Part shown: positions 56,353 to 64,000 of the stretch, piece after piece
How the letters are laid out: each line of letters begins with the position of its first letter
Numbering within the stretch: the first letter of the stretch is position 1
NCBI GenBank assembly: GCA_963743305.1
Contig: CAVUPH010000008.1
Coordinates: forward strand, 1 to 64,000
Direction: 5' to 3'
From: an uncultured delta proteobacterium
Lineage (GTDB): Bacteria; Desulfobacterota; RBG-13-43-22
Length of the DNA: 64,000 bases
The notes under the pieces: model-generated
Told to the model about the DNA's origin: nothing
Database searches by the model: none
The model's input: the letters and a program-made list of their open reading frames with translations, nothing else
Program-made: the position numbers and the translations under genes

Positions 56353-56869
56353 TTGGAAACCATCGCCGTGTATTGGGAACCGGTCATCAAGACCTATGGA
56401 TTTATGGAAAAGACCGGCTTGTCCCTGTTCAAATTTTCCTGTCCGGTTGACCGGATGGCCGACTGGGGACACCGCCTGCAGGACTGGGGCACCGCCGGCG
56501 ACGGATTTATCATGGTCGCCGGTTCGAACCTGAACGGCAAAACCCTGCAATTCAATCTGCTGTTTGAGGCGCAGGGGGTAGACCGCTACCAGGCCTTCCT
56601 GGAAAAATGGTTGGAAGAAGAACCCCGGATGTCTCTGCAGGTTGAAAGTCCGGTGGAATTGATTTATTTCCATGGCCCCCATTACGGAGACCGGTATGGG
56701 ATTGCCAGCGCGGCTTTGAACGCCCTCGACCCTCCAGGCCGTATCGGTTCTGGCCATGGCCTGCACCGGCGCATCGGTTTACCTGATTATGCCGGAGGGG
56801 AAAGCCCGCGCAGCCCGGAAGGCCCTGGGGCAGGCCTTTTTAAGTCCCGAAACCGAAAAACAACCTTAG
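56353..56869 (+). CDS. Second ACT-like protein (frameshift near 56730; artificially fused to the next kinase in the ORF track)
   Basis: GPHYGDRYGIASAALNAL then +1 frame VLAMACTGASVYLIMP...EKQP* (TAG at 56867). Confidence 0.65.
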
Positions 56870-56874
56870 CTAAA

Positions 56875-58400
56875 ATGAATTCAAATCCGTCTGAAGAAAT
56901 TGATTTTAGACTGCGGGTCTTTGACTCCCTGTCCTTCCCGACCCTGATTCTGAAACCCGACCGCACCATCGTGGCCGCCAATCTGAAGCTGCTGGACACC
57001 TTTGGTCTCACCCGGAAGGATATCGTCGGCATGAGCTGTCAGGAATTTTTTCAGACCATGGCCGGCGACCCGGATCTCCCCTGCACCCAGTGCCCTCTGG
57101 AGCAAACCCTCTCGGAGGGTATTGGGCATTCCATTTTGCGACAAATCCAACACCCGGACGGCAGCAACCACTGGGAGGATCGTGTCTTTTCTCCTATCCT
57201 GGACCAAGATGGACAGGTCATTTATGTAATTGAATCCATCCGGGATGTCACCAGAACAAAAATTCTTGAAAAAAGTTTGCACGGCGTTCGGGAATTACTT
57301 GCCCGAGTCCTTCAAAGCTCCCCCAGCGCTATTGTGGCCGCTGACCGGGACGGCCGAATCCTGCTGATGAACAAGGCGGCCGAGGAACTGTTCGGGTATT
57401 CCTTAAAACCGGGGGAGCAAGTTGACGTCAGTTGTCTTTATCCTCCAGGCGCAGCCCGGGATATTATGAAAAAACTGCGGTCCGACGACTATGGGGGACG
57501 GGGCAAACTCCCGGTTACCCCCGTCAGCATCATCACGGCCCAAAAGGAACAAATCCCGGTGGAAATGACCGCCGCCATCATTTATGAGAACGGCCAGGAA
57601 ACGGCTACCATGGGGATTTATAATGACCTGCGGGAACGCCTGTCCGTAAGAAATAGGTTGGAGGAGGCCCAGGCCCAATTGGTCCAGGCCGAAAAAATGG
57701 CTTCCCTGGGACAGTTGGCGGCCGGAGTGGCCCATGAAATCAATAATCCCCTGACCGGGATTCTCATGTACGGCAACCTGCTGAAGGAAAAACTACGGGA
57801 GAGATCCACTGCTCCAGGACAGCCTGAACTATATTCTGGAGGATGCGGAACGCTGCCGGGACATTGTGAAAAATCTATTGGCCTACAGCCGCCAATCGAG
57901 CACTTCACGCGAACGTTTTTCACTGAATACCCTGATGGATGAGAGCTTTACACTGATTCGGGATCAGAAACTGTTTATCAACGTGACCATCCGCAAATTT
58001 CTTTCCGAAGACAGCTTGCTGGTGAAGGCGGACCGCAAAAAAATGAGCCAGGTCGTTATCAACCTGATTATGAATGCTCTAGATGTCATGGAAAAAAAGG
58101 GAATCCTGACCGTGAGAACCTATCGAGGATGATGAAAACAAACTGGCCTGTTTGGAGATATCCGATACCGGAAGCGGAATCCCGAAAGAAAATCTGAACC
58201 GGATATTTGATCCGTTTTTTACCACCAAGGAACCGGGAAAGGGAACCGGTCTGGGTTTGAGCACCGCCTATGGCATCGTTAAAGACAATCAGGGGAAATT
58301 TTCGTCAAAGAAACCGGACCGGAGGGAACCACCTTTCTGGTGAGGCTTCCGCAGGACCTCGATTCCCCGGACTCTTGGCTCCGGATTCGATTGGCTAGCC
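56875..58400 (+). CDS. Cytoplasmic PAS-PAS histidine kinase (several frameshifts; end approximate)
   Basis: Two PAS domains, [44 protein letters not shown]. Confidence 0.85.
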
Positions 58401-58486
58401 GAGCGGACTCTGGATAACCAACGGAGAGACAAAGAATTCTGGAAAGCACCAGGCTTATTTTCGCCGGGCTGTCAACGAGGAGTGCG

Positions 58487-59965
58487 ATGACTACTGAAAT
58501 AGCGGTTGAAACCAGTCATATCCCCCGGATCCTGGTGGTGGATGATGAGCCACGCATCCGGGAGGCCTGCAAACTGGTGCTGGAAGAGTGCGGATACGAG
58601 GTCAGTCTGGCTTCCACCGGGGCGCAGGCCTTGGAAAAGATCCCGGCCGATCATTTCGACATCGTTCTGCTTGGATCTGATGATGCCGGAGATGTCCGGT
58701 TTCGAAGTCCTGGCCAGGGTAAGGCTACTGGATCCGGACACGGCCGTGATCGTGATCACCGGCTACGCCACGCTGGAGCATTCGGTGGACGCCATGAAGA
58801 AAGGGGGCTTTCGATTTCATCCCCAAGCCCTTCACCCCGGAACATCTCCGGGTCACCGTGTCCAAAGCCATCGATTACACCCGGGCGCTGTGGGACATTG
58901 CGGATACCCGCTCCCGGCTGCGCACCATGGTCAACCACATCTCCGACGGGGTGCATGTGCACCAACCAGCAGAATAAGGTCGCCCTGGCCAATCCGGCCT
59001 TTTTAAGGATGATCGGCTGCCCGGTGCAATCGATGATCGGACGGGGCATCGAAGAATTCATCGTCCTTCCCCGGTTGCTGGAAATGATCTCCCAGGCCCT
59101 GGAGATGCCCGAATCGGAATTCTCGGAATTAACGGAAGAAATGGCCCTGAACGGTTTGGACCGGCCGGAAGAAATCATCCTGAGCATTCGCTGCGCACCT
59201 TTCCGGGACCGCAACGGCCGAAACCTGGGGGTCATCACCGTGGTACACGACATTACCGCCCTAAAGTTGATGGATCGCAAGAAATCTCAATTTGTTTCTA
59301 CGGTGAGCCACGAAATCCAAAGCCCGATGAACTCGGTCCTGATGCAGCTCAAGGTAATCCTGGACGGATTGGCCGGGGAGGTGACGGAAAAACAGCGTTC
59401 CATTTTGATGCGGGCTTCAGAAAAGATCAATAATCTTTCCAGCCTGGCTGCTGAACTGCTCAACCTGGCGCGGATTGAATCCGGCTTGATCTCGTTGGAA
59501 CGGGAGCCGGTAGATATGGCCGCCGTCATCCGGGAACAGGTCGCCTTTCTCCTGCCCCGGGCGGAATCGGAATCCATCCGCTTGGAGATCGATGTCCCGG
59601 AAATCCTGCCCCTCATCTTGGCCAATCGCCAAAACATGGACGAGGTTATGTCCAACTTGATCACCAACGCCATCAAATACAGTCCGGGGGGCGGTCGGGT
59701 TACGGTCTCGGCCTCCGCCGAGAATGAATATCTCTGCATCCGGGTCCAGGATACCGGATTAGGGATCCGTCCGGAAGATTTGAATTTGATATTTCAACAA
59801 TTCTATCGCGTGAAAGACGAAAAAACCCGCTATATCAACGGCACGGGTCTGGGTCTGGCCATCGTCCAAAGTATCCTGGAATCCCACCAGGGCCAAATCA
59901 AGGTGGAGAGCCAACCCGGAAAGGGCAGCACTTTTTCCGTCTTCCTGCCGGTGCTTTCGGCCTGA
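58487..59965 (+). CDS. Hybrid receiver-PAS-histidine kinase (frameshifts in the receiver region)
   Basis: ILVVDDE, DLMMPEMSG, ITGYAT, PAS, VSHEIQSP, NLITNAIKY, GTGLGLAIV. Confidence 0.87.
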   Translation: MTTEIAVETSHIPRILVVDDEPRIREACKLVLEECGYEVSLASTGAQALEKIPADHFDIVLLGSDDAGDVRFRSPGQGKATGSGHGRDRDHRLRHAGAFGGRHEERGLSISSPSPSPRNISGSPCPKPSITPGRCGTLRIPAPGCAPWSTTSPTGCMCTNQQNKVALANPAFLRMIGCPVQSMIGRGIEEFIVLPRLLEMISQALEMPESEFSELTEEMALNGLDRPEEIILSIRCAPFRDRNGRNLGVITVVHDITALKLMDRKKSQFVSTVSHEIQSPMNSVLMQLKVILDGLAGEVTEKQRSILMRASEKINNLSSLAAELLNLARIESGLISLEREPVDMAAVIREQVAFLLPRAESESIRLEIDVPEILPLILANRQNMDEVMSNLITNAIKYSPGGGRVTVSASAENEYLCIRVQDTGLGIRPEDLNLIFQQFYRVKDEKTRYINGTGLGLAIVQSILESHQGQIKVESQPGKGSTFSVFLPVLSA

Positions 59966-60209
59966 TCGCCATCCCCTGGTCTCCTATCCGCATTTCTTCC
60001 TCTTCCCTCGTCCCGGCATATCTAAAGTGGAAATAGCCGCGGTTTGAAGCTGCCTCCGACTCTGTCCTGAACACTTTCTTTTTTTAGTGCAATTTGCATT
60101 GTTTAAACAACTTAACAATTGCATTATGCATTATTTTATTTAGGTGACTAGTCCTCGGTTATTCTTATTAACTTATGATTCTAATAAATATTATATCTAA
60201 ATCCAACTT

Positions 60210-60225
60210 TGGCATTTTTCTTGAA
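60210..60225 (+). promoter_or_regulatory. Putative sigma54 promoter of the Orp cluster
   Basis: TGGCATTTTTCTTGAA (strong -24 TGGCA, -12 TTGA variant) preceded by an AT-rich tract and TGCA-N3-TGCA palindromes. Confidence 0.55.
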
Positions 60226-60271
60226 GTCTATGAGCACAAAGACGAATGGATTAGTGAAAGGAGGACGGATA

Positions 60272-60586
60272 ATGAAACCAAGACCGGAGGTCACTCAAAG
60301 CTTGCCCCTGAATAAGGAGGGCTTTATCAAGAATCCTCAGAATTGGGATGCGCATTTCACCGAGAAGTACGCCGAGCAAATGAACGTCCCTTTAGGGCCA
60401 GTCCACTGGAAAATAATCCAATACTTTCGACAGTACTACGATAAGCACGGCCTGGCGCCCATGTTTACTCTGATTCGGAAAGAGCTGGGCTACAGCCGAA
60501 AACAGTTGATCGAGATTTTTAAGGTCGAGAAGGCACGGGACATCTGCAAGCTGGCCGGACTCCCTCGATCGATGGGCATGGTTTAA
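60272..60586 (+). CDS. DsrC/TusE-family protein lacking the C-terminal cysteine
   Basis: EGFIKNPQNWD, HWKIIQYFRQYY, CKLAGLP; ends RSMGMV instead of KPTGCV. Confidence 0.88.
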   Translation: MKPRPEVTQSLPLNKEGFIKNPQNWDAHFTEKYAEQMNVPLGPVHWKIIQYFRQYYDKHGLAPMFTLIRKELGYSRKQLIEIFKVEKARDICKLAGLPRSMGMV

Positions 60587-60612
60587 GCGCTGAGTAAGAA
60601 AGGGACTGCGTG

Positions 60613-60972
60613 ATGAAATTAGCCGTAAGTGCCCGGGGCCAAACCCTGGACAGCGAACTGGACCCGCGATTCGGGCGGGCAAAATATTTTCTCCTGGTGG
60701 ACCCGGATGGTGGTTCCCTGGAGGTGGTGGAAAATAAGCAAAACCTGCAACTGGCCCAGGGGGCAGGCATTCAGGCGGCTCAGACTGTGGTGGAAAGCGG
60801 GGCGCAGACGGTTCTGACGGGAAACTGCGGGCCCAAGGCCTTTAAGGTTCTGGAGGCCGCCAAGATCCCGGTGGCCGTGGGTCTTTCAGGCACCGTCAGG
60901 GAGGCCCTCCAGCAGTATAAGGAGAATAAGCTATCCTTTGCCCAGGGCCCGAACGTGGAAGGGCATTGGTAA
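60613..60972 (+). CDS. NifB/NifX (MTH1175-like, Orange protein) family protein
   Basis: DPRFGRAKYF, GAGIQAAQ, TGNCGPKAF, C-terminal NVEGHW. Confidence 0.9.
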   Translation: MKLAVSARGQTLDSELDPRFGRAKYFLLVDPDGGSLEVVENKQNLQLAQGAGIQAAQTVVESGAQTVLTGNCGPKAFKVLEAAKIPVAVGLSGTVREALQQYKENKLSFAQGPNVEGHW

Positions 60973-61004
60973 AAGAACCAACATCAAAGAGAAAGGAGCA
61001 GGTT

Positions 61005-61206
61005 ATGCCAAGAAGAGATGGTACCGGGCCGGCCGGGGCCGGTCAGAGGTAAAGGATTTGGTAGTGGGGGCGGGGGAGGAGCCGGCCTGGGAGCCGGAGG
61101 AAATTGTGTCTGCCCGAAATGCGGTCAAAAAAGCCCCCATACCCGGGGAGTCCCGTGCAACACCCAGAAATGTCCCCAATGCGGGTCCTTGATGGCTCGA
61201 GGATGA
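61005..61206 (+). CDS. DUF5320-like Gly-rich Cys-cluster small protein (frameshifted)
   Basis: MPRRDGTGP start after AGGAG RBS; continues as GAGGNCVCPKCG..RGVPC...CPQCG. Confidence 0.7.
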
Positions 61207-61275
61207 TAAGGTTGTTCGCCCTTTTGTGTAAGCGGCCAGAGAATATGGCAGCTAAGTCTGATATTGGGCCTCCGA

Positions 61276-61486
61276 GGCCGACGGGTCTCGACGAAAGGGT
61301 TCTCCACAATTCTTTATAGGTTCTACCCCGGCCCCCGTTTTTTAAAATCTTCCTTGAGGCAGGGCCACCCTGAAAAACTCTATAAGCCTCTTGGTTTGGG
61401 CCTGCTTCAATTAGAATTAGCAACTTAGGCCCGGATTCGAAGTCCGGAGTAGCTTGGGAAAACCCTTTCGCCGAGACCCGTCGGCC
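61276..61486. other. 211-bp structured element bounded by a 30-bp inverted repeat (MITE or ncRNA candidate)
   Basis: GGCCGACGGGTCTCGACGAAAGGGTTCTCC vs GGAAAACCCTTTCGCCGAGACCCGTCGGCC (28/30) with internal stems. Confidence 0.7.
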
Positions 61487-61558
61487 ATACCAGGTCTGGG
61501 GGATACTCACCCAAAAGTGTGTGACAAAAAATAATATAGATGTAAAGGAGCAGCCGTA

Positions 61559-62812
61559 ATGTCAAACTGTGGCAAGGAAATACCAACCATTAAAAATGAT
61601 GATCCCCACCAGAAGCAAGACGCCCTGATCGCTCGATCCCTTTCCCGGATCGGCCATAAGTTGTTGGTTATGAGCGGCAAGGGCGGGGTAGGAAAGAGCA
61701 GCCTGGCCGTCAATCTGGCCACCGCCTTGTCGCTTAAAGGCTACACGGTCGGTCTGATGGATGTGGATCTCCACGGGCCCAGTATCGCCCGCATGCTGGG
61801 ACTCGACGGGGTGGCGTTCGTCCGTCCGGAAGAAGAGGCCATTTACCCCCTGAAGGTCGACGATCATTTGAAGGTCATCTCCATCGAGGCCCTGATGCCC
61901 GACAAGGATTCGGCGGTTATCTGGAGGGGACCCCTGAAGATCAGCGTCATTCGTCAATTTGTTTCGGACGTCGTCTGGGGAGACTTGGATTTTCTGGTGA
62001 TCGACTCCCCGCCGGGGACCGGGGATGAGCCCTTGACCGTGGCGCAGACGATTCCCGATGCCCTGGCCGTTATTGTGACTACGCCTCAGAATATCTCCCT
62101 GGCCGACGTCCGGAAATCCATTAATTTCTGCCGCCAGGTGAATATGAACATCCTGGGACTGGTGGAAAATATGAGCGGCTATACCTGTCCCCACTGCGGC
62201 CAGGAAACCGCGTTATTCAAGAAAGGGGGCGGAGAAAAAACGGCCCGACAGATGAACGTGCCCTTTCTGGGAAGTTTGCCCATAGATATTCGTTTAATGG
62301 AAGCGGAGGATGAGGGCCGGGCCTATCTGACCCATCAACCGGAAGCCCCTTTTAAGGATTCCCTGGATGGAATCGTCCATAAGATCCTTCAGTCTATAGG
62401 GCCGATTCCAGAAACCAAGACGATTGAAACCAAAGAAAAGGAGCTCACCATGCCTGAAAACCCGATTACGCTGACCGACCTGAAAATCGCCATTCCTTTG
62501 GCCGAGGGGATGCTTTGCAACCATTTCGGCCATTGCGAGCAGTTTGCCCTGATCGACCTTAAAGGCCGGGAAATCACCCAGAAGGAACTGATCACCCCGC
62601 CCCCCCATGAACCCGGGCTCCTTCCCCGGTGGCTGGGCGAGAAAGGGGTCAACCTGATTATTGCCGGGGGCATGGGTCAGCGGGCCATTACGCTTTTTAC
62701 GGAAAGGGGAATCAAGGTCCTCACCGGCGCCCCGCAACTCCCTCCCGAAGAATTGATTGGCCATTATCTTAGCCAGACCCTGATCACCGGTGCGAATGTC
62801 TGTGATCATTAA
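61559..62812 (+). CDS. Mrp/NBP35 Fe-S carrier ATPase fused to a C-terminal NifB/NifX domain (MrpORP-like)
   Basis: SGKGGVGKS, IWRGP, DSPPGTGD, ENMS..CPHC, then HFGHC..PPPHEPG..GGMG..NVCDH. Confidence 0.92.
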   Translation: MSNCGKEIPTIKNDDPHQKQDALIARSLSRIGHKLLVMSGKGGVGKSSLAVNLATALSLKGYTVGLMDVDLHGPSIARMLGLDGVAFVRPEEEAIYPLKVDDHLKVISIEALMPDKDSAVIWRGPLKISVIRQFVSDVVWGDLDFLVIDSPPGTGDEPLTVAQTIPDALAVIVTTPQNISLADVRKSINFCRQVNMNILGLVENMSGYTCPHCGQETALFKKGGGEKTARQMNVPFLGSLPIDIRLMEAEDEGRAYLTHQPEAPFKDSLDGIVHKILQSIGPIPETKTIETKEKELTMPENPITLTDLKIAIPLAEGMLCNHFGHCEQFALIDLKGREITQKELITPPPHEPGLLPRWLGEKGVNLIIAGGMGQRAITLFTERGIKVLTGAPQLPPEELIGHYLSQTLITGANVCDH

Positions 62813-62822
62813 TTAAAAACTC

Positions 62823-63689
62823 ATGATTATTTCAGTAGCCAGCGGCAAGGGAGGAACGGGCAAGACCAGCGTGGCGGTGGCCTTGGCCCAGTCCCTGGAT
62901 GGACCGGTAAATCTGCTCGATTGTGATGTGGAAGCGCCGAACGCCCATCTATTTCTAAATATTCCCTGGGGGCCGAAGGAAACCCTTTATCTGGAAATCC
63001 CCCAGGTGGATGAAACCAAGTGCACCCATTGCCGGGCCTGTTCCCAGATCTGTCAGTTCAAGGCCATTCTGGTCTTGGGGGAAACGATCCTGATCTTCCC
63101 GGAGATGTGCCATGCCTGCGGGGGTTGTTTCCGGGTTTGCGAACCCCGGGCCCTCTTGCCCGGGAAGAAAGAGCTGGGGGTTATTGCCCAGGTGGAGGCC
63201 GGCGGGATACACCTGGTTCAGGGAGAGTTGAAGATCGGAGAACCCCTGTCCCCTCCTTTGATTCGGGAAGTAAAAAAAAGGGGCCTCCCCCAGCGGCCGA
63301 CCCTGATTGACGCCCCTCCGGGGACTTCCTGTCCAGTCATTCAGGCGGTGAAGGATTCGGATTTTTGCCTGCTGGTGACCGAGCCCACCCCCTTCGGCCT
63401 TTACGATCTCCGACTGGCCGTGGAAGCCTTGAAGATCCTGCGGATTCCCTGCGGGGTGGTTTTAAATCGGGCGGATATGGGCGATGACCAGGTAGAGCAC
63501 TACCTGAAGAAGGAGGGGATCCCGCTGCTTTTCAAAATCCCTTTTGATCGTCGGATCGCCGAAGGCTACGCCCGGGGCCAATCCCTACTGGAGGTGAAAC
63601 CTGAAATGAAACCCGACTTCCAGGAACTCCTCCGGAAAATTACCACGCTGGTGCCACCGGAGCGAAGGAGGGACGATGTCCTCCACTAA
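62823..63689 (+). CDS. MinD/CbiA-like P-loop ATPase with inserted 2x[4Fe-4S] ferredoxin
   Basis: ASGKGGTGKT, DCDVEAPN, CTHCRACSQIC, CHACGGC, DAPPGTSCP, EPTPFGLYD. Confidence 0.9.
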   Translation: MIISVASGKGGTGKTSVAVALAQSLDGPVNLLDCDVEAPNAHLFLNIPWGPKETLYLEIPQVDETKCTHCRACSQICQFKAILVLGETILIFPEMCHACGGCFRVCEPRALLPGKKELGVIAQVEAGGIHLVQGELKIGEPLSPPLIREVKKRGLPQRPTLIDAPPGTSCPVIQAVKDSDFCLLVTEPTPFGLYDLRLAVEALKILRIPCGVVLNRADMGDDQVEHYLKKEGIPLLFKIPFDRRIAEGYARGQSLLEVKPEMKPDFQELLRKITTLVPPERRRDDVLH

Positions 63690-64000
63690 AATTAAAGAAA
63701 TCGTGGTCTTGAGTGGCAAGGGCGGAACGGGAAAAACCAGCCTGGTAGGGGCCTTGGCGGCCATCATTCCGGATAAGATCCTGGTTGATTGCGATGTGGA
63801 TGCCCCGGACCTGCACCTCCTGCTCGATCCGCAAAAACGAAAAACCGAACGTTTTTTGGGAGGGCGGAAGGCCGTCATCCGGGCGGAAAGCTGCACCGCC
63901 TGTGGTTTGTGTCGGGAGGTTTGCAACTTTCAGGCTATTAGTGAAGACTACCGGGTAGACCCTTTTTCTTGCGAGGGCTGCGGGGTCTGCGTGCATTTCT
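63676..64000 (+). CDS. Second P-loop ATPase with inserted ferredoxin (runs off the window)
   Basis: SGKGGTGKT, DCDVDAPDL, CTACGLCREVC, CEGCGVC. Confidence 0.88.
   Translation, partial: MSSTKIKEIVVLSGKGGTGKTSLVGALAAIIPDKILVDCDVDAPDLHLLLDPQKRKTERFLGGRKAVIRAESCTACGLCREVCNFQAISEDYRVDPFSCEGCGVCVHF

Noticed and set aside
56353-57942. 529-aa ACT-PAS-kinase fusion in the ORF track
   Set aside because: Produced by a frameshift near 56730; the corrected ACT gene stops at 56869 and the kinase has its own ATG at 56875

Overview
64 kb of a GC-rich anaerobic bacterial chromosome. Gene content (ahbC, purD-purE fusion, stand-alone IMP cyclohydrolase, Orp cluster, HdrA-MvhD-MetFV) and gene order point to Desulfobacterota (former Deltaproteobacteria). 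Core content: ahbC, an atypical ClpX-like ATPase, trmO, a complete minus-strand rRNA operon (16S-tRNA-Ile-tRNA-Ala-23S-5S), tyrS-ymdB-rny-zapA-zapB, holA, tol-pal, cobB, a GcvH-like gene, lgt-lspA-ileS, cooC, purine and lipoate genes. There are three accessory blocks. (1) A sigma54-type promoter and a c-di-GMP-I riboswitch with a clear anti-SD helix precede a ~1500-aa secreted repeat protein whose glycosidase domain appears to have lost its acid/base Glu; a QseEGF-like kinase-lipoprotein-sigma54 activator trio lies downstream. (2) A metF'-hdrA-mvhD(in-frame amber)-metV-metF module, in which the first MetF lacks the folate-binding residues, is followed by two stand-alone ACT proteins and a cytoplasmic phosphorelay. 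(3) An Orp/Mrp cluster is headed by a DsrC-like protein lacking the C-terminal Cys and contains a highly structured 211-bp element. Many genes carry +1 frameshifts that look like long-read consensus errors, so single-base oddities need checking against reads. All calls come from reading motifs by eye; no searches were run.
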